A DNA stretch of 64,000 nt from Reclinomonas americana ATCC 50394 (lineage: Eukaryota), in the NCBI GenBank assembly GCA_048213135.1, contig PS015054.1, positions 195,812 to 259,811 of the forward strand. The letters run 5' to 3'. Each line of letters starts with the position of its first letter. The first letter of the stretch is position 1. Below, in pieces: positions 22,758 through 35,059 of the stretch. Under the pieces are notes generated by a model. It had not been told where the DNA came from and ran no database searches. It saw nothing but the letters and a program-made list of their open reading frames with translations. A program made the translations under genes and the position numbers.

Positions 22758-24033
22758 TCAGTCGTGCCCGTGGTGATTCCGCAAGATTGCCATACACGAC
22801 TGCCTCGTTTCGTCCGACGTCATCGTGTCCATGTCGTCTGGCGGGGCTGGTGGCGGCATGCGGAACGACGGTGGCAGCACGCGTTCCTCCACTTGCTGCG
22901 CCAGTGTCCGTGCGCTCTTGTACGACGGTCCCGTGCCCCTCGACAGCGAGCGATGCAGAAAAGGATTGATGGCACCACGCTTCGGAACCAAGGCAGCCGC
23001 CACGGCTGCCGCCGTCGCCGCAGTGGTGGCAGTGGCCGAAGAAAACCCCTCTGTGCGCGTGCGTGAGCAATCATACCACCCAAAGCACAAGCACGACGAG
23101 ACTGACCGGCACGAGGCGCCCCTCCTGACGATGATGAGCCTGTCGCCCCCGCTGCTGCTGCTGCTGCCGCTGCCGCCGCCGCCCCCCCACCCGCAAAGCC
23201 ACCGCCGTCACGTGGGCCCACCAGCGACGCTTCTCCAAAATGCAAGAGCGGATGCGGCGGGATGCCGGCCTTCATATTGTACAAGGACTTTTCCACGCGC
23301 GCTCGATATGCCGTATCCTGCCGCAGCAAAGCACCCTCGTCCACTGTCATTGGCTCGTACACCTGTGAGAGGCGCACTAAGATGATGATCGTGAGACGCA
23401 CGAGGCCGCGCAGAGAGCGAACAAAACCTCAGTCTTCGAGTAGGTGTGCTGGTCGGGGTATCGCGGCAAGTACGGTGGAATGTGAGGCGGACACTCGGTG
23501 GCCGCTGTGTCAAACACAGTGGCCGCGGTCTTCGTGGCCCACGTGTTGGCCAGCACTGGCTCACAGGGCGACGGAAACGTCACATCATCAAGTGCCAGTG
23601 AGGCGCCGCCGGCCGCCGCCGATGGTCGTCGCGACAGAAAGTCAATGAGATGCGAGGCTTCCATCGACATGCCCGCACGCAGTGCACGCAGCACGTCAAA
23701 CACATTGGCCGACGACCGGCCAGTGTGCTCCATCTGCGCGGCAGTGTCCACACCAATGTCGCTCATGTCTACACGAATGAAATGCATCACATACGTTGTG
23801 GTGAGGAGACGCGTGTGTGCATGGAGGGCACGTCAAGCGCAGACGCAACACTTGGCCACCAGCTGCGTGACTAGCTGTGCAGCTGACGAGCGCACACGCT
23901 CGTAGCCGGCCTCGCGACACACACGCAGAACCGCCAATTGAGTCAGCTCCAGCGGGTACAAGTGTGCAGGTGGTGGTGGGCGTCCACTGCCATTGCCCAG
24001 TGCAGGCAGCGCACCGGCCCCCGACGGATTCAT
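22758..24033 (-). CDS. TAF8: TFIID subunit 8 (histone-fold/bromodomain-associated domain plus TAF8_C)
   Basis: LAVLRVCREAGY…|YMSDIG…EHTGRSSANVFDVLRAL histone fold; PPHIPPYLPRYPDQHTYSKT TAF8 motif; C-terminal INPFL. Confidence 0.88.
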
Positions 24034-24076
24034 TCCCGCTACTCTCTCACGAGCAACACAATTGATTTTTCTTCAC

Positions 24077-27000
24077 TCATGGGACGACGCCGGTGGCAAC
24101 TTCGTCGAGTGCCTCCTTGAGCAGTACCGTCTCGTTGGCTTGCCACAAGGTCTGCTCGAGAAGGGAGTCGATGGCTGTCGACATTACGCCGTCGCCTTGG
24201 AATCCGAGCGACTTGCTGACAACGTCGTCCAGCAGCGACAGCAGCTGCTTCACCGCCAGCACCTTCTCTCGGCCCAGCTCCGATCGCCTCGCGTGCGCCT
24301 GTCGTACGCTCTGCTTGAGATGCGCAACTCGCTGCCGCAGCTCTTCTTCAGCACCGCCGTCATGGCCATGTTGCTGTTGCCGCTGCAGGAGAGCTAGCGC
24401 TGCTGCATACACGAGGACAACTCGATGTCAGAAACCGCACGCGCGCCCAACATTGCCCGATCGCGGCCGTCACTCACTCTTGGCGTCGTGCAACTCGGCG
24501 AGATGACGTCGGAGCTCCTCGTAGGTCGCCTCGTAGAGTGCCGTGACTCGCGAGACTTCTGCCAGGCATTCCTTCGTCTGCGTACGAAAAGGTCAGTTTT
24601 TTCAGACGCACCAGCCAGCACAACTCTTGGCGTCACGTACCGCACTGGCTTGCTGCGCCGTCGGTGAGCCCTTCGTGGACCGACCACTCGGCGGCACACG
24701 ATGGGAACTAGATGCACTGCGGCCACTCGCCGCCGCGCTCCCTGCATGACTGCTGGTCCGACTGCGGCTGCTGGCGGCCACCCGCAAGGGCGCTGCCGCA
24801 CCCAACGGTATGAGGTCCGAGGAGAACAGTTCGTGCGACGATATGACGGTGGAGGCGCCGAGCGATTGGTCGTCCTCATCGTCGTCGACCACCGACGATT
24901 GCTCCGAGAGTGCCGCCGCATTGGTGTGCAGCTTGTTCAGCAAACGGTCGGGGTTGGAGATGCTCGATTGCGCGCGATGGCGTCCGGCAGCAGCAGGTTT
25001 CGGCCCACCCGCTGCGCCGACGACACGGCGAGCCGACTCGGCGGGCGAGAACGCCAGTGGCGAGACAGTGCCGCTGTGCGACCACGACGATTCGGACTCT
25101 GGAGGGCTGGTGGCATTAGCTACTACTGCTGCTGCTGCTAGTGGTGGTGGTGATGCTGCTGATGCTGCTGCTGCTGCTGGTGGCGGCGGCGATGGTGAGG
25201 CCAGCTTGGTCGGTGCGGGAGCTGGCGGTGAACTCATCGAGATCGGCATGCGAGCCAGAGACTTGGTCGAGTGCAGTTGCGGCGACGCCGGTGCAGAGGG
25301 ATCGGTCATGTCGCGCAGTGAAGAGCCGCGCTGAAGGGTGTGTTGGGTGAGCACGCGCGTCGCTTGCAGTGAACGCGGCTGCGGGAACATGTCGGCCAGG
25401 GCAGCTTTCGATGCTGGTGCCAGTCGCCCGAACGAGTCCGCATTCCACGGTGGCGTGGCTCCGCGAGCCACCGGCTGTGGAGGCGAACCGCGCAATCCTT
25501 GCCCCGACGACGATGACTGCGCGCAACATAAAAACATCAACTTCCGAGTGGGAGCGATGATGAGCCAGAAACCGGAGGCGAGCGAATACGTACGTGCACA
25601 GAGGAGCGTTCGGGAGTCAGTGCGCGCTGCTCGGGAGAGATGGATCGCCGGTCAGGAGACTGAGAGCGGCGCCCCTCGACTGAGGAGGCACGACCCTCTT
25701 GCGATGCCGGTCGAGCGTTCAGCGGTGCCGGAGCGCCAATGGCACCTGGTTTTGCGCGTATCTGATTCCGGCGAGTGAATGCCAACATTGACAAGTGCTC
25801 CACGGCGCTTCGCATTGCTGTCTGCTGTGTCGGCACGCGACCGGCGAGAGCTTCTGCCAGTGTGGGGACAGTGGACCCGCTGGGTACAGCAGGAGCAGCA
25901 GCACCACCGCCGCCGCCTTCGCTGCCAGAGCCGGACGAGGTCGAAGTCGTGCTGAGGAGCTGCACGCGTCGCTGCATGTTTCGCGCCAGCTGCGAACCGA
26001 CACCTGAAGCGAGCACACCTGCTGGATCAGTACCAGCATGCGAAACAAGTGATCGTACACGCTGCGCCAGCGCTGCAAGGTGGGGCGGCACTGGTGCTGG
26101 AGTGGACGGCTGTGCCAACACGCAATTAGTTTTGCACGAAGGAATAAGGGCGATACAAGCGAGTGTCTGCTACACACCGCAGAGCCTTCAGGAGTGGCCG
26201 AGTCAATGGAGCCTGTCAATACAGGGGTGATATCAGTTGTGGGCGACAAAAACCAGATATTGTACAATGCTGCTGGAGCGCACCTCCTCTCGTGTTGCCG
26301 ATGATCATGGGTGCAGACGGACTCAGTGCCTGTGACGAAAACACTAAGCAAGATGCAGGTGTTTCACGCGTGGAGACAACGGAGATGTACCGCCTGAATA
26401 TCTTCCGACTTGCTGTTGGTAAGATCAGCTGCGGAGGAACAAGAAAGAACACGGGTGAAAAACCATGTGGCTGTTGGTGCGACTCTGCGGCATTCACACT
26501 ACGCAACAGCGAGCGAGTCGGAGGTTCTCGAGACGCTTCCGTTGTACCAGTACTTCACGCTCCAGGTCTTCGGCTGCGGTCTCCAGCAGTTGCCACAATT
26601 GTCGGGAATCGGCGGAGACCTGTACGAGCGTACTGAATCAGTTTCAACAGTCCACAGTGTGCCAGGCGCAACCTCGCTATACGCGCACCTGCGTGTCGCG
26701 TTCCCACTCGAGGCGCTGCTCGTGTACACTCTCGCGGAACTTGGTAACCTCGGTCTCCAGGTCGGGTCCCTGCCACACATGGAATTCAGTGATAAAGTAT
26801 GCTGCTTCTGAAAGCACAACTGTGAACGCACTCGCAATGCCTCGAGCTCTGCCTTGGTTGGGCGACGGACAATGGTCTCTCGTCGAACGAGGATCTGTGG
26901 CGCTGCGCAGAGACATCGTTGTTGGTTCACGACTGCGAACTTCACAGTTGCTGCAGACACGTACGTTTTGTTGGTGCTGGTCGAGCAGGCGGCAGTGGTT

Positions 27001-30000
27001 GGATGCCGGCCATTGCGCGATCGCGTTCACGCCACGCCTTGGCAAGCGACTCTTGTGTGTCGGCCAGTTGTTTCTGCAGTCGCCGAATGAGACGCTTGTC
27101 GGCCACGGTGTTGCCGTGATCAGTGGCCAGTGCCAACAATTGCTTCTTCGGTCCTTCTCCAGGGGCCATCGAATGGTGGCCACGATTGGCGGCACCAGTT
27201 GGTGATGCACCACTGCCAGCGGCCTTCTTCCCGTCATGTTCATCGTCATCGCCGTCTTCGTCCTCATCGTCGTCACCATCGTCTTCATCGTCATCATCAT
27301 TGTCACCATCATCATCGTCACCAGCACTGTCGTCGTCTCCGTCCTTGCCGCCACCGTCAGTGTCACCATCATCAGTCGTGACTCCATCATCACTACCGAC
27401 AAGGCCCCGTGCGCCTCGCCGTGGCCGCCCACCGATCCGGCTGCCTTGGCGACTCTCCGAGAAGCTCCCCTGACTTCCGCGGGTGTCGGTCCGACTGATG
27501 GCATCAGTGAGCTTCTGCACTGCATTGAGAACCACTGCTACACACACTCACCGATGCCGATGGCCACTGACACCGTCCGTGTCGGCGCGGTCTTCACGAA
27601 TCGCAGTTGTCTGCATCACCAAGGTTATGAGTGATTCGTAGATGCACGTACTTTCAACCCGCTGCAACAGTGAATGCAAACCAGTTCCATGTGCAACTCG
27701 GCACCGTTGCGTTGCAAAAAGGCAATTGTCGCCGCCTGTCCACTACGCACGGCGTAATCCAGCGGCGACGAGCCCCAACGATCGTAAACATTGAATGTGC
27801 ACTTTGGCAATGCTTGCAGCAGCTTGAGGGCATCGATGTTGCCGACGGAAGCTAGCAGACATGTGTACGTGTTAGCCGTGGGCGAACAAGCGTGGAACAG
27901 AATGAATGAATACTACTACTCCACATACCGGCGACGTGGAGAACAGTGCGACCATCGTAGTCTCCCACCAGTGGATCCCAGCCGGCGTCGATCATTTGTC
28001 GCAGAGTCTTCACGGTGGGATCGCGGCCTGTCCGCGCCAGGCGGCAAGCGTACTCTTCTTCCTGGAAGTTACTCTGCAAACAAACACGTCTTTCATCAGC
28101 ATCGACGGAAGGAAACGACTGCAAGCAGCAATTGTAGGAAACGAAACAGCTCGCACGGCACGCAAATGCGCGCCGTTCTGGATAAGCATGCTGGCGAGTA
28201 CCTTGTGCCCACTCTGCACAGCAATGTTCAGTGCGGTGTTGCGGTCGGGGTCCTGCAGATTCATGTCGATCTTGTCCTCCAGTGTGTCGAGAAAGCCAAA
28301 GATGTTGAGGTGATCGTTGGCAGCTGCAAGCGTAAAAAGTGAACTCAGTTGCATGAAGTAGAAAAGTAAGTGAAAACAGACAGTCGTCCATACCCGCAGC
28401 ATGGGCCACTGTTCGCCCATCAGCAGAGGTCTTCAGTGGATCCACACCGTCGGCCACTAGACGCTGGAAGGTTGCGAGGTCACCAGCCGCCGCCGCAGTT
28501 TGCAGGTCAACAATCGACGGCTGCTCGCGAATACGACTCTCAGCATCGGTGGTCAGCAGCCACTCGACCACTTGCTCCTGATGCGCAGTGTGCGCCACGT
28601 CGAGCGCCGTGAGGCCGTAGCGATCACGAACATTCAGATCGGCATTGGCCATGGCCGCCAACGCTTGCAGAGCCGGCAGTGCCCCACTGGCAGCTGCTCA
28701 CAAACAAGAGCAGATGCAATTGGTGGTAAGTCATCGGTGATGCCATTATACATGCTTCGTCGAAACACGGACCTGCGGCGTGCAGCATTGTTCGACCGTC
28801 CTCGTCTGTCAGTGCAAGATCACCGGGCTTGCGTCGCTCCTTGAGCATGGACAGCAGGGCTTCGACATCGTTGGAACGCGCAGCCTGGAAGAGGCGGATG
28901 CGCGCAATGTTCTCGGCCTCTTTCTCGGGTGCGCGCGGATTGAGCTGCGCGCCGTGATCCACGAGCCAGGACGCGACCTTGTAATGACGACTGACCAGCG
29001 CGTCGCGCAGGGGTGTAGAGCCGCGAGCATCAATAGCACTCAGGTTGCACGTGGGCAGGGTGGACAAGTAGTGCAGTACGTGCGTATGACCCTCGGCCGC
29101 TGCGAGTGAATGAGAAACTGTTCGCGACTGATATTGCCAATGCATCCGGAGCAGTCACTCACCGGCCAAGTGAGCAGCCGTGCGCAGATTCCCATCGACA
29201 AAGTCCACAGGATCGTGCTCTCGTCTCACCAGCTGTTTTATGCGCCGCAATGCGCCCTGACTGGCGGCCGCACAGAACGAGCTGCCGAGGTCCTGTCGAA
29301 TCATATCCAACTGCGCAAATACACACCCAGTCAGTGCACCGTGGCGACTGTTGCTCGACGCGCGATCACACGCTGTATTCGCAACAGTGGCACCCTTGTA
29401 CGGCAGATCGTGTGAGAAGAACCACTCGAGCGTCTCGAACCGATGATATCGCAGCGCATCATCGACCGGACGGAAACCGGCACTGTCGGTGACATTGAGG
29501 TTGCAGCGCGGCAACGTGTGCAAGTACGCCAGGATGTGCGTGTAGCCGAACTCGGCGGCAACGTGAGCCGCCGTGCGCCCCTCATGGTTCACTCCGTGTG
29601 GCGGGTAATTGCGGTGTTCGATCATGCTGCGCACCTCGGCCACATCTCCTCGCGCCACGATTGCGCACAGCTGCGTACCGCGTTCGTCGACATCCATTGC
29701 TTTCTGCGAGTGTGCAGCACGCATGCAAGTTCAACAACAATGCGTCACTGTGTGTGTGTTGCGCGTGCACTGCATCATCGCTCACCAACAGCTTGCCGTC
29801 GGCGTCGGTATTGGCACGTAGCCAGGCCGCGGCCGCCGTCTTTTCGTACTTTTCAGCCAGTGACAGTGGTGTTTCTCCCAACAGATCGCGCAGCGGCACG
29901 TCGTCAATGTCGGGGAGCGAGTACAAGAACTGCAGCACCTCGACGTGTCCGCCCATGGCTGCAGCAGCAATCAGCGGCCAGTTCTTTTCAAACACTGCCA

Positions 30001-32397
30001 AAACGAGCGAAACGTACCAGCATGGTGAAAGACACTGCGTCGATCAAAGTCGGCGATGGACAAGTCCACTCCGTTTTCTACCATGAACTGGATCGTGTCC
30101 AGGTTGCCAAGGCGAGCGGCCTGGCACAGGATCAGTGCTTCACGGAATGCTCGGTCGCCGTACTGCGTGCACACGCACACAACACACTTGTGAGTCAGTA
30201 CATCGACCAAAGGCGTACAGCGTGTGTGTGCGCGTACGTGCCTTGTCGGTGAGCTCCCTCATGGCCACCGTCTGGGTCTCCGACAGTTTGCTCAGCTGTG
30301 TGCAGTGTGACGAGTGAGAAGAAGCGTTCGTCCTCCCAGCGAGCGAGTCATCGACGCCGACGCACCTGTTCTGTGATCTTTTTCTGTTCCACGGCTTGTA
30401 CGCGTTTCTCTGTGATCACTTGCTGCAGCTTGAGAGTGTGGGGATCCACATTCTTTTGCTTCTTCCGCTTGCTCAGCATGCGCCGCTCCAGTTTTGTGAC
30501 GCGACTCTGCGAGTCGTCGAGTGTCAGCAAACACAGTCTGTACACACGCATGACTCGCGCACTGCAACTGCACCTGTGCCGCCTCGAGATCGGCAGTGAG
30601 AAGCTGCACGTGCTTGCGCTGCACCATGGCCTCGGAACGCTGTGTTGTGGCCTCCTTCTCCAGTCTCTTGATTTCCTGCTCCCGCTTGTCCGCTCTCATT
30701 TCTCCGCGCATCAGCTGCTCCATCAAGTCCACCATCCCTGCAGAGATCCACACACACACACACACACGGATCTGGTCAGCAGCGGATAGTGTGCCAGTCT
30801 GCTCCCAAGACGACGCACTTGCTTGCTCTTGCTGCCGTTCGTTCTCCAACTGCGCTGCGCGCTCTTCCATTTTGCTGATCATTTCGGCACTGCTGGTTTC
30901 GTGCTCCAGTTGTCGCAAATGCACTGTGCGTATGTGCATGTTACGGGCATGAACAACCACAACAATAACAACGAGGCGCCAACGTACTTCGCTCAATGGC
31001 TTCCTTGAGCTGCGTCAGTCGTTTCTGTGAGGTGGCCAGTCGATCCGCGTACAGGTCAATCAGATGCTGGTTTTGTACCAATTGCCGCACTTGTACATCG
31101 GTGCTCTCGTCTTCCTCGATCTCGGCGACCAGTTGCCTGACCACTTCCTACACGAGATGCACGCACACCGCTAAGGGATATGAAAGAGAGAGAGAAAGTG
31201 AGGGGAAAAGTACCTCGCGTGTCTGTGCCGACTGCAACAGCTCCTGCAGCAGCTTGTCGTGCATGGCCGAGGTTTGCCTGCTGCGTTGCAACAGCTCCTG
31301 TGCGACCAGTCTGTTGCGCGCCACCTCGTACTCCAGTCGAGAGCCTGCAGAGGCTGTGTGTGTTAGAGGAGAGAGAGAAAAAGAGAGAACTGCGACTTGA
31401 GAAGCCATTCACCATCGGTGAGACCCGTGGATTTCGTGCTGTCGTCGGTGGTCACCAGAAACTTGGCGCAATTGTCTTGCAGCTCTGAGAGCTCGTTCTC
31501 CACACGCACTCGTGCATGCTCGTACGCAATGATCACCGAGTCTCGCTGCGCCACCAGTGAGCCCCCAGTTAGCAGCTGACCGTGATTAACACGCAAATGC
31601 AACACGCCGCACTGCACCTGCAGCAATTCAATGTTGCTGAGATCGGCTTGCACACCGAGATTGAAGCGACGGCGCTTGCGCTCCTTGAAGTCCTCGAACT
31701 CGGAGCGGATCTCCATCAGCACGGTGTCGGGATCCTGCCTCGTCTCCTGTACCATGAGCTGCATCTGCCTCCACGACGGCGACATGACACCGTCGCCAGA
31801 GATGATGGTGGCCGAGCGCTGACCACCGGTGCCGGCCGGAGAGCCGTCGTTCACGGATGAAGACTGCGCCACATGCCACGTGACGGCATGATCGACAATA
31901 GCCCCCTCGCCACGAACTCCGTCCGCATCATCGTCGTCGTCATCGTCGTCGTGTTCGTCATCGGCCTGATCGGCAGTGTCCTCACGATCTGGTGTTGCAA
32001 AGGGCGACGTGTCGCTCGAGGCCCGCGACACTGGCGAGGTGAGTGGCGGCAACGGGGAGGAACGCTGTCGTCCTTGCAGGGAGCGAGTGCGGTCGGCGGG
32101 GTGCACGGGCGGCTGAACCAGCTTCCGCTTCGAGGCAGCGACATTCTTCAGCATGGTGGGCGACGGCACTCTCTGCTTCCACTCGGTGGCCCTGTACGCC
32201 GACACCACTGGCAGCTGGCGGCTTTGTGGTGGAACAATTGCCGCCAGTCGCTCCTCGGCATCCGAGGGTGCACGGAAGAGAGTGCGGTCGCGATCAGGGC
32301 GCCCCGCAGCGGCCGAGTCAGCACCGGAACCACCGCCGCCACTGTCGTGATCGTCGGTGGTGGGGGAGACCACCGGCGGCCGCCTCGTGCTCCTCAT
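24077..32397 (-). CDS. Large coiled-coil/ankyrin-repeat protein (about 18 ankyrin repeats in six modules, acidic tract, C-terminal coiled coil)
   Basis: Exons chain in frame from MRSTRRPPVVS (32397) through a coiled coil, ankyrin motifs (DFDRRSVFHHA, EGRTAAHVAA, DYDGRTVLHVA, DRWGSSPLDYA), poly-D, an S/P-rich region, to …VATGVVP*. Some internal exon boundaries are uncertain and it could be two genes. Confidence 0.75.
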
Positions 32398-32640
32398 GGA
32401 GCCGGCTGTGAGATTGAGAGAGAGCGAGCCACTTGAGAAGGTGAAAAAACGCCCCGAAATGGCGCGAGAGTCGGTCCGTCCATGGTTCGCTGCGTGGCTG
32501 GCCGTGGCTGTGGCTCTTTTGTGCGTGAGCGTGCGTCCGCGTGCTCTCTTTCTCTGTGCACTCGTCTTCGTCCCTCGCTGCGTCCCTTCGTGCCACGGCT
32601 TGCTGTCGGACGGGGAAACACACACATAAACACATCCACA

Positions 32641-32798
32641 ATGGCGGCGACGACACCAGCTGCCAACATGGACTTCTTCGTGCAGAGTGTGGTGAATCGG
32701 TTAGCGCGCATGCGCGACGACATGCATCGGCTGCAATCGGCAGCGAGCGAGTTGAACGCCAGCATTGCGCATTTGGAGAGGAGGTTGGTCGGTGGTGT

Positions 32799-32834
<36 letters not shown>

Positions 32835-34637
32835 CCGCGTTTTCCCAGGATGCCAACACCTCTTCTTCTTGTTGTGTTGCTAACGTGGGGTGGGGCGGCG
32901 CACAGTGTGGATGAGCTGGCCGACAAATCATCGAATGGAGGCGTAACAGTCAATGGCAACGGCGCATCGTCGTCGTCGGCCTCGTCAGTCGCCACACCCT
33001 CGTCCATGTCCTCGGCCAGCATGGTGAGTCCCACAGCAGTCTCGGCCGCAGCAGCCGCCGCCGCCGCTGCTGCTGGTGACGTGGCGGCGTCGGCTGCAGT
33101 GGCGTCGGCAGCGTCGGCGGTTAGCAGTGGAGGAGCCCCAACATCGATGCGCGTCTCCCACTCCAGGAAAGGTCTGCTTTCTTGGTCTGCGCTCTCGCTC
33201 CGCCACCGCCGCCACTCACTGTTTGTCCTGATCGCCGTGCGATCGTGCAGGGAGCTCGGCAGCTGGCATTGCCGCCTCCGCTCACCAGTCGTCGACAGCC
33301 ATCTCGTCGTCGTTTGCAGGTGTGTGACGATCTCGCGCGCTTGCTGGTGGGATGGTCGGTGATGAAACCGTGTGCTGTGCAGACACTGCTCGGGAGAACG
33401 TGGCGCAGGAGGTGGCCGAGGTCGCCCACCAAGTTTCGTGATCCTGATTCGAATTCGATTGCCCACTCACTCCCTCACTTACTCGTGCTTGCGTGCGCAG
33501 CTGATCATGGAGCCCGAGAATCGGCGCCTGGAACGGCTAGAGTCAACGTACCAGCAGACCCCGGCAGACAGAGCAGAAATCGAGCAGATCACGCGCATGT
33601 TTGAGACGGCGATGACGCTGGATGACATGCAGAGTGTGCTTGTCGGTCAGCGACTGGAGTTCCTCAATACGTACCTCAGTTGCGATCGCGTGCGTACCGC
33701 CACACGCAGTGTCGAGCTCCTCACGCGTTATTTCTCGGGGCGGTAGGGTACGATGGCCGCTTCCTGATCATGCCGGCCGATTCACTGGCCGTGGGCTTCA
33801 AGATTGGTGTGCGGAGGACCGACAGAATACACTTGGTCGACGACGGCAACGGCAGTGCACTGGCGCAGCTCGGGTACTTGGTGTTTGACGGACTCAAGCA
33901 GCGTCTCATCCGCGATAAGGAGGACTCGGCGGTGTTGCTGCCGCACGGCTCGTCGGGTGGTTTTGATCCTCCTCTAGAATCGACAATGCCGACAACGTGG
34001 AAGGCGCACACTGTGGGCTCTGGTGTGTTGTGTGTGTGTGCACTGTCTTGTGCATGCGTGTGTGTGTGTTTGTACTGACTGCCCGGAGCAGCGATTGTGG
34101 AGACCCCAACGTGGCGCGATGTGTTTGGCATGACGAAGGTGTTGCGTTTCGGCGAGGACAGACCAGCACAGGGGGGCCAGTTGAATTCGCTGTTGGATGC
34201 CGATGCCGAGGTGGTTACGCAGAGTAGGCGCACTCTGCGCAAGCTCTTTGAGCAGCAGTTCTTTGCTTGCGGAGAGGCACGGACGTTGCGTGCCTGGCAG
34301 CATCGATTTCATGTGCTGCCGAAATTATGCGTGTTCACTTGTTGTCTTGCAGACCCAACACGCGCCACCTCTTTGTGGTATTTGGCGACGCCGTCACGTA
34401 CGTGTTGAGTCGCTTGCGCGAGATCAAGCTCACGGACTATCGCGGTGCGTGGACGTCATACACGGTGCATGTCGTGTGTGTGTCTGAAAGAGAAGGAATG
34501 TGCGTCGTGTGCCAGGTGTCATGATCGTGGCGGTCCCGCGCGATGTTGTCGTCTCCCTCTTTCCGGCTGTGCCCACACGAGAGCACTTGGTGGCCGCCTA
34601 CCGTCAGCTGTGCAGTGTGTTTGTACCGGTGGTGTGA
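32641..34637 (+). CDS. Hypothetical protein: N-terminal coiled coil, Ser/Ala linker, possible degenerate histidine-phosphatase fold (3' end uncertain, possibly to about 34820)
   Basis: Spliced exons MAATTPAANMDFF…, LIMEPENRRL…, GYDGRFLIMPADS…, PTRHLFVVFGDAVTYVLSRL. Confidence 0.55.
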
Positions 34638-35059
34638 GGTGCCATTTATCGCCAAGTGTATTTCGGAAAGGAACGGAATCTTTTTCATGCAAGGGAATTG
34701 CACATGCACCGTGGTGTCTCTCCTGCACGTGCACGCCGTGTCGCGTGTTGGCGGCCGTCGCAAGAGCGGATTCTTTGCGGATATGGGCACGGAAGCGACT
34801 TGCATCAAAACCGGGCTCCATAAATTCCTCGCTGCACATTTTCCTCATGTCTTGCTGCTGCAGCACAGGCGGGGAAGGAGGTGGGGCGGGAGAAGGAGAA
34901 GGAGGAGGAGACCAGGGAGTGATTCTCCAGCCAGCCGAATAACGTTGTCATGTGACAAAATTGTGCTCTTTTTTAGACGTATTTTTCTCACTCTCTCGAG
35001 CGCAAGCAAAGAAGGGATCTTTGAATCTTTGCCCCCACGCTCTCTTTTGTGCCCCCCAC

